From positions 53,010,001 through 53,074,000 of the forward strand of contig CM060733.1 of NCBI GenBank assembly GCA_030704615.1: 64,000 nucleotides of DNA, in the 5' to 3' direction. This document shows positions 24,701 to 35,380 of the stretch, in pieces; within the stretch, counting starts at the first letter, position 1; every line of letters starts with the position of its first letter. A program made the position numbers and the translations under genes. Under the pieces are notes generated by a model. The model was not told where the DNA came from. It saw only the letters and a program-made list of their open reading frames with translations, and did no database searches. Source of the stretch: Takakia lepidozioides. Taxonomy: Eukaryota > Plantae > Bryophyta.

Positions 24701-26583
24701 TCAGTGCCCACCTAGTTATGGTAAGGAGCAGAGGAAGAGAATTGCTATCAAGGCTTTACCTTATACTATGGTAGGGAGCAGAATGTATAAGCTAGGACCT
24801 GATGGAGTACTTAAACAATGTTTGTACCACCATGAAGTAAAGAAAGTTTTGGAGGAAGTTCATAAAGGAGTGGCTGGAGGACATTTTGGAGAAGAGACTA
24901 TCAGTAGGAAGATACTACTTGCAGGTTACTGGTGGCCTACTTTGTTCAAGGATGTACACAAGTATTGTCAAAGTTGTGATGAATATCAGAGGCTAGGACC
25001 TTTGCAGAGATCTGGGAAGATGGCTTTGCATCCTACGATGCCTACTGAACCATTTCAGAAATGGGGACTAGACTTTGTTGGACCAATTAACCCACCGGCC
25101 AAGAATACACAGAACAAGTATATAATTACAGCCACTGATTATACTACGAAGTGGGTGGAAGCTAAAGCTCTGAGGGACAACACAGCCAAGTCCACATCAA
25201 GGTTCCTGTATGAGAACACGATTTGGCTGTCATTTGGAATTTATCAGTGACCAGGGAAGTCACTTCATTAATGAGACCATTAAACTATTGACTAAAGAAT
25301 TCATGATTGTGCATATGAAGAGTACAACGTATTACCCACAGGGTAATGGGCAGGCAGAGGCTACCAACAAGATACTATGTACTATCTTGGCTAAGATAGT
25401 CCATGCAAACAGAACGGATTGGGATACAAAGCTGTTGACAGCTTTGTGGTCATACATGACTTCATATAAAGTCATCACTAAGTATACACCATTCCAATTA
25501 GTTTATGGTATGGAAGCTTTACTTCCAGTGGAATTCTTGTTACCTACCATGAGAATGGAATGGGGAAAGAGAATGGAATTGGAAGATTCAATTAAGGTCA
25601 GGAAACATGAATTATACCATGTGGAAGAAGTACGTGTTGATGCAGCTGATAACATGACCAGAATTCAGATGAAGAGGAAGGAACAGTTTGATGAAGGCAA
25701 ATTAAAGACTTCTAAGACGGGAGATTTGGTTCTCTGGTTGCAAAAGAAGGGGAAGATTAAAGCTTCTAAGCTTAAATCACCATGGAAGGGACCTTATGTC
25801 ATACAGAAGATGTATGATAACAACACAACCATGTTACAAACCATTAACAAAGAGATGCTTGGAAGAGTCAATGCCAATAAGTTGAAGGGATACAGTGGTA
25901 TCCATGACAAACCATTGCAGCACGATTTGCATGTTGAAACACAAAAGCAGTCACGGGCTGCGCCAGTGATACCAACGGAGTATGAAGCACTTGTCGCTAA
26001 GCCGAGCATATATGACCAGGGCGGGAACTACAGGTGTTTGCATACCTATCACAGCCCATCACAACGTAACACAGCCTATCACAGCCCATCACAACGTGAC
26101 ACAGCCTATCACAGCCCATCACAGCGTGACACAGCCTATCACAGCCCATCACAGTGTCACACAACCTATCATAGCCCATCACAGTGCCACACAGCCTATC
26201 ACAGCTCAACACAGCCTACCGGGGTTACACAGTTCATAGGATCAGTGACAGATGGACGTGGGTTAACATCCGGAGAGTGGCCGGCGGAAAAGTGGACGGA
26301 GGCAGGTTTAGAAATGGACACGTGGACGCCAGGGCGAGACACACAGCCGGACATGAATTGCAAGAACGGGTGTCATCATGAAGGAAGACAAAATTGGCCG
26401 TCAAAGTACCTACCCGGCACGTTAACCGAAATTTATTGTGGGCCCATTAATGCATACAGGGAAAGGGTAACGGAACCCTTTACAAGTACCGAAAAGCGAA
26501 ATCCTTGTCACATGTGCTATCCTAGTGGACAATCCAGGGGGGGAAATCCACGGAAGGGAATTAAATTACAAAACCAATCATAG
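21753..26583 (+). pseudogene. Gypsy gag zinc knuckle-PR-RT-RH-INT remainder, with stops and frameshifts
   Basis: ORFs ending at 22752, 22762-24207, 24370-24570, 24558-25250 and 25210-26583. Confidence 0.92.
26041..26220 (+). repeat. 30-bp tandem repeat x~6 (three 10-bp ACAGCC subunits), in frame with the integrase C-terminus
   Basis: ACAGCCTATC-ACAGCCCATC-ACA(A/G)(C/T)GT.AC units; translate as TAYHSPSQRD-like repeats. Confidence 0.95.
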
Positions 26584-26702
26584 AGCCAACAGCCAATCAT
26601 GAGCCAAAATTACCTGTAGAGGGTATTTTCCAAGAAGCAAGACGTAGTTCCGAGTAACGGGCGTCTCGACAGGGGAGACAATCAAGCTATAGCTTTGAAG
26701 CT

Positions 26703-27173
26703 ATGGCGGAAATAACAGACTACACGCTCGCCTTACTACTTACGCAGTGGCACAAGGACAGACGAACGGAGAGTACATTTTCTCTAAATCGATATTTGCA
26801 AGCCCCACAGGCTTACAAGCACTTACCCATTGCATTATGTGCCAACCATACCTTCATGCTCTGTGCCCTGCAAGCTTTCCTTCAGCTGTTTCAAACAAGG
26901 CCTTTCTGTTTGTCTAGAATGAAGAGAGTGAGGGGAATGGAAGATATCAGGGTGAAGAGCACGACGATACTGCAGAAGCAAACAATTGCAGCACCGCAGG
27001 CAGTACAGCTGCTAATGGAGTTGCAATTGGAAGGGCTGCTTCAGGAAGAAAATCTGGTGGGGCAATGGCCTGAATGGTTGGTGAGGCATCACACTATGGA
27101 GGATCAGGGAGAACAGCAGCAAGCTCCCCATGAAGACCAAGGTAAGGGTTCTGAAACCCTATATTTAAACTAG
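26703..27173 (+). CDS. Extra 156-aa ORF downstream of gypsy integrase, unknown function
   Basis: ATG-initiated open frame in the position of additional (env-like) ORFs of some gypsy elements; no recognised motif. Confidence 0.35.
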   Translation: MAEITDYTLALLLTQWHKDRRTESTFSLNRYLQAPQAYKHLPIALCANHTFMLCALQAFLQLFQTRPFCLSRMKRVRGMEDIRVKSTTILQKQTIAAPQAVQLLMELQLEGLLQEENLVGQWPEWLVRHHTMEDQGEQQQAPHEDQGKGSETLYLN

Positions 27174-27295
27174 CACATTCAATAAATCCCACAAGGCCCT
27201 GGCCAGGGGAAAGAGTTTTGCAGCAAGTGTCTACTTATCATTTTCAGGACATCTATACGAAAAAAATCACATTATTCCACCTGAAATATTTTACC

Positions 27296-27306
27296 AGAGA
27301 GAGAGA

Positions 27307-27339
<33 letters not shown>

Positions 27340-27358
27340 TGAGAGAGTGAGAGAGAGA
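27296..27358 (+). repeat. (GA)n/(GT) microsatellite
   Basis: Directly visible. Confidence 0.95.
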
Positions 27359-28141
27359 ATGTGGCACCTGATAGTCTTCCATCATCCATAGACTGTTTCC
27401 AGACAAAAATCACTCGAATTGTTTCTGTTGCATCTGGAAATTTGCATTCCACTGATTTGGAGTGAGGCAACCTCCTGAACGATTGTTTTTTTGAACTGAA
27501 AAAGAGGTGGGAACTTCCGCGAGGGTGACTTCAGAACATACTCGCAGAGAGCCGAGCTGTATGTACTTTGGAGTCTCTCTCGAACTCTCACTCACGATTG
27601 TAATGGATAGAGATTGGACGAAAAATTTGTTTGGGTTAGAAGACATCCATCTACTGTGACGGTCAATGGCAACGGAATGTTGTGCGGGGCTCTCACCTGT
27701 TACCAGATCGTGACATATTCCATGGTCATTTAATAGGCTTTACCGGGCCTGTGAGGGGGTCTCGGCGTTAAGAGGTCCCGTTCCATCAACTTTATCCTGT
27801 TAATTTTGGGACTTTAATAGGCTGTGGGGGGGGAGCCTATCATCATTTGAAATTATTTGGGGAAATATCGTCAAATTAAATTTGGTCATGGACTTCATGG
27901 AAGGGAGAATCTGCCCTTTTTCGTCCACCTTACCTTGCAACTACCCTGGGGGCCAAGCTCATCAGAGTCAATGCACTAGATCCCAGGCTCAAATTCACAG
28001 GTTGCAAGACGACGACTATTGCACCCAACCTCTTGATCTATCGAGTTTGAGTGTAGTAGGGACTGTGGTGGATGACTTAGTGAGGCTGCGGCCACTATGA
28101 CATCTTGTGGCTACTTGGACTTACAGGGACCTAAGCGCCAG

Positions 28142-28873
28142 CTAGGGGGGCGATTGTGATGGACTAGCGGCTGCACTAGTGGTGACTAGTGGCAGCCTAA
28201 TGGTTGGACTAGTGGCTGGACTCAGATCACTCTTTATCGTAAAATGTTTCAACCAATCTAATCCAAATGTCTATCCCCGCGTTACTTCACTTCACAGCTT
28301 ATTTTGTCATGATTCACGCTTTACAAACTAATTCTCTCTCTCTGCGATGACAACCTACATCATCAGACAGCCTGAATAAGTTGCACCGTGTCGGTGCTTT
28401 GCAGTGTCTTTCGGCAGACCCACCCATGACTCCACACGACAAATCTCAAGCAGCCCCCGACAAAAATCAAGGCTCTGCCCTCCACTTCTGCATATGATAG
28501 AGGGAGCCAGAGCAAGGCCGGTAAGTGCCATGGGTGATGTGTAGGCAGCTTGGGTGGGAGAATCTGTGGCATCACGTGGTGCGTAGAGGGGAGATGTATC
28601 ACGTGCCAAGTAAAAGGGAAAAGTGACGGGTGTGGGGTGGGGAGCTAACTAGGGCTGCCCTATAAACAATGCCACAAACCTTGCACAACGACCACCATAT
28701 TTAGCGTGCAGGACTTTAACCGTGTCGTGCGCATACATATCGCTACACAACTACATCGCTGTCCAAAACCACACAACACATGTGCACACCAAACACTAGT
28801 CTATCACTAGTCCGCCACTAGTGCACCACTAGGTTGCCGCTAGTGCAGCCACTAGCCACCATTGTATAGGCCC
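28142..28873. mobile_element. Degenerate non-autonomous DNA element with inverted subterminal ACTAGTGG arrays
   Basis: GACTAG(C/T)GG repeats at 28160-28220 are mirrored by CC(A/G)CTAGT repeats at 28795-28860. Confidence 0.5.
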
Positions 28874-29078
28874 AGTTCATAGGCATGCCCTGAATAGACA
28901 GATGAATCCGAAGTTGATTGCAATGTGAAGAGAGATTGCTTGAGTCTATATAACAGAAGACAACATGTTAAGGGATGATGAGATTACATATGATTGGGCA
29001 CTGAATGATCCTTCTGTGTCTGAGTCACATTGGTAAGCCAATACCTTGCACCCAATAAGCAACAAGCCTCAAACATCA

Positions 29079-29226
29079 ATGGGCTCTCTTGTTTTAGCAA
29101 AACATAAGAGGAAGGTAAGAACACTGAGCATGACTCAGCACAACACACCAATTGGTGCCTTGACACGGTGTAAGGTCCTTTGACCACATTTTCTCCGTCG
29201 ACTCGAACATGATGCGTAGTCTCTCT
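29079..29226 (-). repeat. Inverted copy of the 1970-2120 repeat
   Basis: Roughly 80-85% identical by eye over ~145 bp. Confidence 0.85.
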
Positions 29227-30669
29227 CCACAAGAGAGCCAACAAATACTCCTGTAACTCCCCCACCATCCTAGGCCCAACCAACAATCTGCAGGCCCAGA
29301 GAGCAAAGAGCCTCGATGAGGTGATGGAAACCTTTGACAGTGTAGCCTCATCACTGCATATGCCTCTCCTCTACACAACATACCTACCCAATTCAAGGCG
29401 ACACTGGAGTCACTAGGATAGGTTTATGCTCATTCACGCTTCCAAAGAAGCTCGTGTTGGGTTATATGTTAGAGCCTCCATTACATACTTCCTTATTTTT
29501 AGTTTTATTTTCTAAAAGGAAACCTGGGAGCGACTGCTCACAATTCAGGCTTTCTCTTTGCGAAAGGCATAAGCATCTTGGTTCCACATTCTTAACAGTT
29601 TCCAATATATTACGAGTAAAGTTTCCGACCCCACATTCTTCCTGTAGTAGTTAAAGGGGCATGCCACATTCATAAATTGTCCAATGCTGGCAAGCTCTCC
29701 CTCAATTGAATTGCATGAGGAGAGAGGGTGGTCTACTAATTAGATGAGGCGAGTATTAAAGTATGAGATGAATGGGAAGATGCTCAGCACAATGTTGGCA
29801 AACCCAGTCCTACCGAGAACTCTACCAAACTCCACACACTGCAAGGCAGCTGTTGGGCCGTTACAAACTTGGAATTGATGACTGACAAGCTCTCATTCAA
29901 AAGAGGACAACTCCCGTTGGAAGGACAACCCAACTCACGGAAGGGTAAGTAGTACTTGGTGAAATCAAACAAAAACAAAACAGCAACCCAGGTAGATCTT
30001 GCAGAAAATGGGTCAGGAAATGGATTTGGTGGGGTTTATCATCATCCTTTCAGAAAAGGTTGATGGAGTTGTGTACCCACATAAGCACATGATCATAAAG
30101 TATAATAAAAATTCAAAGCTGAGAAAGTGGGGAGGCATGAGCAATGAAGGGGGGGAGACGCGGGCAAGTGATGCTCCCGAGGCCAGCCACCCTTCAAGGT
30201 CGGAGGGACATGTCAGCCGCAGCCGAGATTTGTGGCCTCGGCGCGCATGGATTCCAGCGCTTACATAGGTGTCAACCCACATTCACAAAATGAGAACTTG
30301 CTGTGAAAGCTCAGATCCTATACTGTACAGAATAGTTGGCAGATTTGGAGGAGCGGGGGAAGCTCAGATCTTGGCCGCTTGCCCAGAATAGTTATGAGTT
30401 TGAAGCAGTCTCTGCTTATATTAGTCAGAGTATGCTGGATCCACCCTGTAGGCTCTCACTGTCCCGTGCAGACTGGCAGAAACACACATCTCCAATCCGC
30501 GTAGTCAAGTTGCTTAGGCTGGAGGTCACCTTGGAGTGTAGTAGTGCACCAGCTCCTCCCTGCACGCCCGGCCTGCAGCTCTTCACTTGTTAAAACTCGC
30601 TAGTTCATTTTTGTGCATGGAGTGTTTTTGAATGTCACGCTGTTGGGTTTCTCTCTCGTGTGGTTTGCG

Positions 30670-31842
30670 ATGTCTTGTTTTGGATCGTGTCTGCCAAGGC
30701 GAAGGAGCAAGAGATGTGCCCAGCAACCTGCGAACGATGCTACTCAGTTCTATGGACCGCGAGTTTTTACGTACAAAGAGCTGACCGCTGCGACGAAAGA
30801 CTTTAGTGCCGAGGAGATCCTAGGGCGAGGTGCGTTCGGGAATGTGTACAAGGGCACTTTGGGTGACTCGGGCTCGCTGGTGGCGGTGAAACAAATCTCA
30901 AAAGATTCTCATCAAGGAGAACGCGAGTTCCTGGCAGAAGTCTCCATAATCAGCAGAATTCGGCACCGTAACTTGGTGCAGTTGCAGGGTTGGTGCCATG
31001 AGAAAGGAAAGCTGCTGCTTGTGTACGACTATATGCCCAAAGGGAGCCTCGATAATCTGTTGGTTAAAGAGGGTAGCGGAAAGGATTCACAAGTCCTGGC
31101 CTGGCATATTCGGCACAACATTTTGAGTGGAGTAGCAGCTGCCTTGGCATGCCTGCATGAGGAATGGGCGCAGTGTATTCTTCATCGAGATGTTAAGCCC
31201 AGCAATGTGCTTCTGGACGAGAACTTCAATCCACATCTTGCTGACTTTGGTCTTGCCCGGTTGATAGACCACAGCATTGAGATGGTGCAGACCTCAATCA
31301 TCGCAGGAACCAGGGGCTACCTGTCACCGGAGCTACTACAAACAGGGAAGGCGTCAACCAAGTCAGATGTGTTCAGCTTTGGGGTTTTAGCACTGGAGGT
31401 AGCGTGCGGACGGCGGCCTGTAATTAGGAGCTTACCTGAAAATCAAGTGCTACTAACTGATTGTGTATGGCGAGCCCATGAAAAAAACAATCTGCTGAGC
31501 GCAGTGGATCCCAAGCTGGGGAGTTCCTTCGATGCGAAGCAGATGATGTCTGTGCTGCAAATCGCCCTTTTCTGCTGCCATCCCGATCCCGAGGCTAGGC
31601 CACCCATGAGCTTTGTGCGGAACTTACTGACAGGGGATAGTATCTCACTCCCGCCTCTTCCTCCTACAAAACCAGTGGTCACCTACTCTTTACAGCCAGC
31701 GGTTCCGACCCCAGATTCTGTCAACTCCGAGGGGGCAGTCAAGCCATCATCTGACATTCAAACTAACACACAGAGCCAAAGTAAATTAGAGAACTTGACT
31801 ACTAAGTCATCATCAGAGGATCTAACGCAGAGTTTACCGTAA
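30670..31842 (+). CDS. Intronless Ser/Thr kinase of the L-type lectin receptor kinase clade, lacking lectin and TM domains (390 aa)
   Basis: GPRVFTYKEL, GRGAFG, VAVK, RHRNLVQLQGWC, LHEEW.QCILHRDVKPSN, DFG, GTRGYLSPE, SDVFSFG. ATG at 30670 (MSCFGSC). Confidence 0.9.
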   Translation: MSCFGSCLPRRRSKRCAQQPANDATQFYGPRVFTYKELTAATKDFSAEEILGRGAFGNVYKGTLGDSGSLVAVKQISKDSHQGEREFLAEVSIISRIRHRNLVQLQGWCHEKGKLLLVYDYMPKGSLDNLLVKEGSGKDSQVLAWHIRHNILSGVAAALACLHEEWAQCILHRDVKPSNVLLDENFNPHLADFGLARLIDHSIEMVQTSIIAGTRGYLSPELLQTGKASTKSDVFSFGVLALEVACGRRPVIRSLPENQVLLTDCVWRAHEKNNLLSAVDPKLGSSFDAKQMMSVLQIALFCCHPDPEARPPMSFVRNLLTGDSISLPPLPPTKPVVTYSLQPAVPTPDSVNSEGAVKPSSDIQTNTQSQSKLENLTTKSSSEDLTQSLP

Positions 31843-32904
31843 CTATTTCAGCTCGTAAGCAAGCAAGGTGGATTAGCTGCCTCATTATTACAGCTACAGT
31901 CATGTGTATATCGCAGAGGTCAATATTATACGTCAGAGGTTATCTTAGAGCTTGGATCTTCACATCAAGCTCCCCAAGATGTGAAGATCCAATCAGCCCA
32001 TGCAATGTGGTGCTGCATTTTTGTAATTCATGAAGTTGTTTACTCTTCTGGTATGTGGATCACCGAGACCCCTTTCGAGTCATGCATAGAAGGGGGTTAA
32101 CAAGTCCAAGTATCAGATTGACGTTATTGTTCTACGACACTACCGTCCTCAACTTTCTCCAACACCCAATTTGGCAAGGACGGGTGGGCTGAGAATGAAA
32201 CGAAGTACCCCATGTATTGCATCTTGAATCCTGCTATAGCCAGACTCCCGTCCTCCTCCCCCATTTGCTCGCAAGGTGCCCCATCCTACGACACAGCAAA
32301 GTAACCTTCCTCACGAATCCACCGCCACTAGGGTTTGGGGGTTGGGTTTAGGAGAAAGATGTCCTTCATCTCAGTGATTGCAGATTCGGGGATGCAATCC
32401 TTCCTCAGTGCAGGATCACACAATCCATGGTTCCTTGACTGGCAAGAGCAGTGTGATGTATTGGTTGGAGATTATGAGAGAACTCAATAAGTCAGAAACC
32501 TCCAAGTGTACTACAAAGATGTGGAGTATGGTCTACGGACCCCCTTTGAAGTTGGCATTCGGCTACATACTACAACATTTTTGGGGGTGGTATTTTTGCT
32601 CTTCCCTTTGCCATTGATTCTTCAGTCTAACCCCCCTATTGGTTAGCGCAAGGGAGTAGATAATAAAGAGGGTTAACATTTGGCCCAAAAGAAATTAACA
32701 TAACTTACCATTGGCAGAGATGGAATTATGCATGCATATTAACAATCATGAAGGTTGTTTATAGAAGAAAAAGAAGAAGACTCCGGCCAAAGCTGGCGTA
32801 ACGAAGAGCCACTTTGCCTTGTAGCTACTCACCCCTCTCCAGTGTGGGCCCTATAAGAGTGGAAGGTGCTGGGGGGCTTACACTACAAGTAGAATTCTAG
32901 AAGT

Positions 32905-33131
32905 AATCTATTCTCAGCTCAGCATGTGTTTCCTTAATTCTGGGATGCAACTTGTCATCTACAACGAAGGTGTGCACCCTGTTGCCAACCTCAATACAGC
33001 AGCGACCTGGCTCCTTTCTAACCCCTCTGACCTTCATCATTCTTCTCACCTTTGCAGTATCATCCCACCTGCCAGCTGCAGCATAGCACATTGCCATGGA
33101 TTCTGCAGGCACAAAGCAAGGCCTTCCACAC
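32905..33131 (-). pseudogene. Second PPR E/E+ domain fragment (different paralog)
   Basis: VWKALLCACRIHGN, an internal deletion, then YAAAGRWDD..KEPGRCCIEV..HTF..HP. Confidence 0.85.
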
Positions 33132-35380
33132 CACATACCCGAAGGTTCTTGACTATGTGGATAGATGTCCCAGGGGTGGTGCTAATAAGCCCAAAACCAA
33201 TGGCCAGCCTTTCACTGTGGTGGTAGAGTGCATGTTCCTTCATTTGCTGATCCACATAACGCAAAACAAAGGCGTGTGTCAGGCAGATATCCTGTCTCCT
33301 TCATCTGCCGAGTCAATTTCGCCAACTCAGCAGAGATCTCTTCCATTTGTGGGTGTGATCTATCTTCTACAATGAATGTATGTATCCAACTTTTTACCTC
33401 AATCCAGCTGCACGCTGTCTCCTTTTTCACACCCCTCCTCCATCGTTTTTCTTACTTTTGTTACATCATCCCACCTGCCAGCTAAAGCATAGACATTTGA
33501 AAGGAGCACATGCACTGCAGCATTTTTTTTTTCCAACTTCCAGACACATTCTGCCAAATGTTCTGCTAGCTCCACATTACCATGGATTCTGCAGGCACCA
33601 AGCAAGGCCCCAACACTGAAGCCCCTGGTTCAAATGGAATTGTGTTCATAAAGTCCTTTGCCTGATCCAAGAGCCCAGCTCGGCCAAGAAGGTCTACCAT
33701 GCAACCATAGTGCTCTTCTGTTGGTATGATGCAGTGATCTCTAGTCATAGAAAGGAAGTAATGATGGCCTTCATCCACTAGACCCACATGGCTGCATGCA
33801 GAGAGAACACCAATGAAGGTGATGCTGTCTGGCTTCACCCCTTCCCGTTGCATCTGTTCAAAAAGTTGGAGTGCATCCTTGCCATGCCCATTCTGAGCAC
33901 AACCCGTGATCATCGCAGTCCATGAGACTGTGCTATGCTCAAGAATTTTGTCAAACACCTCCCTTGCATCTCGCAGACTCCCACACTTGGCATACATGTC
34001 AATCAGAGCAGTCCCCACACAGACATCTGATTCAGATCCAGATTTGAGGATATTGTCATGAACCTTCTTGCCCTCCTCCAGAGCTGCCAGGCGGCCGCAT
34101 GCATTGAGGATGAGAATAAAAGTGACCTTGTTAGGCTTCACGCCTTCTAGTCGCATTTGACCAAACAATTCAAATGACTCCGCACCAAGCCCATGCTCAT
34201 CAGATCCTGCAATCATCGAGTTCCAAGAGATGACATCACGTTCAGGCATTTTCAAGAACACTTGGCGTGCATCCAGTAGGGTCCCGCACTTGCAATACAT
34301 GCTGACAAGGGCGTTCCCCACTCGAACATCTGCCTCAAATCCAGCTTTGATGATGGCTTCATGGACCCACTTGCCCTGTTCGAGAGCTACTTGAGTGGCA
34401 CATGCATTGAGGATGCTCATGAAAGTGACCTTGTTGGGCTTTGTGCCTTCCTGTTGCATTTGCTGAAAATGGTCGAATGCCTCTTCAACATGCCCGGTAT
34501 GAGCAAGTCCTGCAATCATTGCGTTCCATGAGACCACATTTCGTTGAGGCATTTTGAAGACCACTTGGCAATCATCGCATTCCATGAGACAACATTTCGA
34601 TTACTCATTTTGAAGAACACTTCGCGCGCATTCACCACACTTCCGCACTTGCAGTACATGCTGATGAGGGCAGTCCCTACTCGGACATCTGCCTCAAATC
34701 GCGCTTTGATGATCCCCCCATGGAGCCGCCTTCCATGTTCTAGCTCTGCTGGGGTCCCACATGCCTTCAGAATGCTTATGAACATGATCTTCTTTGCCTT
34801 CACCCCTTCTCGTTGCATTTGTTCAAAGAGTGCAAATGCTCCTTCCCCACCGCCTTGTTGGGCTAATCCTGCAATCATCGCGTTCCAGGAGATCACATTC
34901 CGTTGAGGCATTTTGTCGAACACTTGGCGCGCATCCACAACATTCCCACACTTCGTGTACATGCCGACAAGGGTATTTCCCAAGAAGATATCAGGCTTGA
35001 ATCCACTTTTGATGATATGAGCATGGATTTCCTTGCCATCTGCAAGGGATTTAGTCCCAGCACACTCTTGCAACACACAAGCACAGGTATCAGAATATGC
35101 TGGAAAGCCTTGTTCCTCCAGCAAAATTCAAGATGTCCACAACCTTCTTGTATCGTCCGTCCTTGCACAATCTGCTTATATACCCAAGAGCTCCACAATT
35201 TTGGGCTACTTCCCCCTCTCGTCTGTGCCTTCGCTCAGAAGTCGTGATGATGGTGGCCGTGGCAACAGTGATGACCGTACCCCGACACCGACGCCCAACA
35301 AGCAACTCGGTCTGACTGCTGCAGAATTGGAACTCCACAACCTTGCTTGGTAACAAAATGTGTCTGGAGACCATTGTCAT
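33132..35380 (-). pseudogene. PLS-class PPR-E-DYW RNA-editing factor pseudogene
   Basis: P-L-S repeats (GNALVSMYCKCG, VVSWNAMIAG), E motif (HYGCMVDLLGRAG) and DYW start (HSERLAI..KNLRVC). At least 5 frameshifts/deletions; DYW cut at the first Cys of CxxC. Start codon tentative. Confidence 0.92.

Larger units (their letters stand above)
9092..27840 (+). mobile_element. Large non-chromovirus Ty3/gypsy element (Athila/Phygy-like, no extra RNase H), with two nested insertions; 3' LTR not found
   Basis: Starts TGTTAG inside the copia LTR. Gag core 11545-12080, gag C-terminus 14630-14763 + 21753, CYYCNQAGHRKAAC knuckle, PR (LIDGG), RT (FAWSY, LDDF), RH, INT (GLDF, SDQGSHF, YPQGNGQAE, WKGPY). Right boundary uncertain. 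Confidence 0.85.

Noticed and set aside
26041-26220. CRISPR-like or functional repeat array
   Set aside because: Contiguous tandem units without unique spacers, in a eukaryotic retroelement context.
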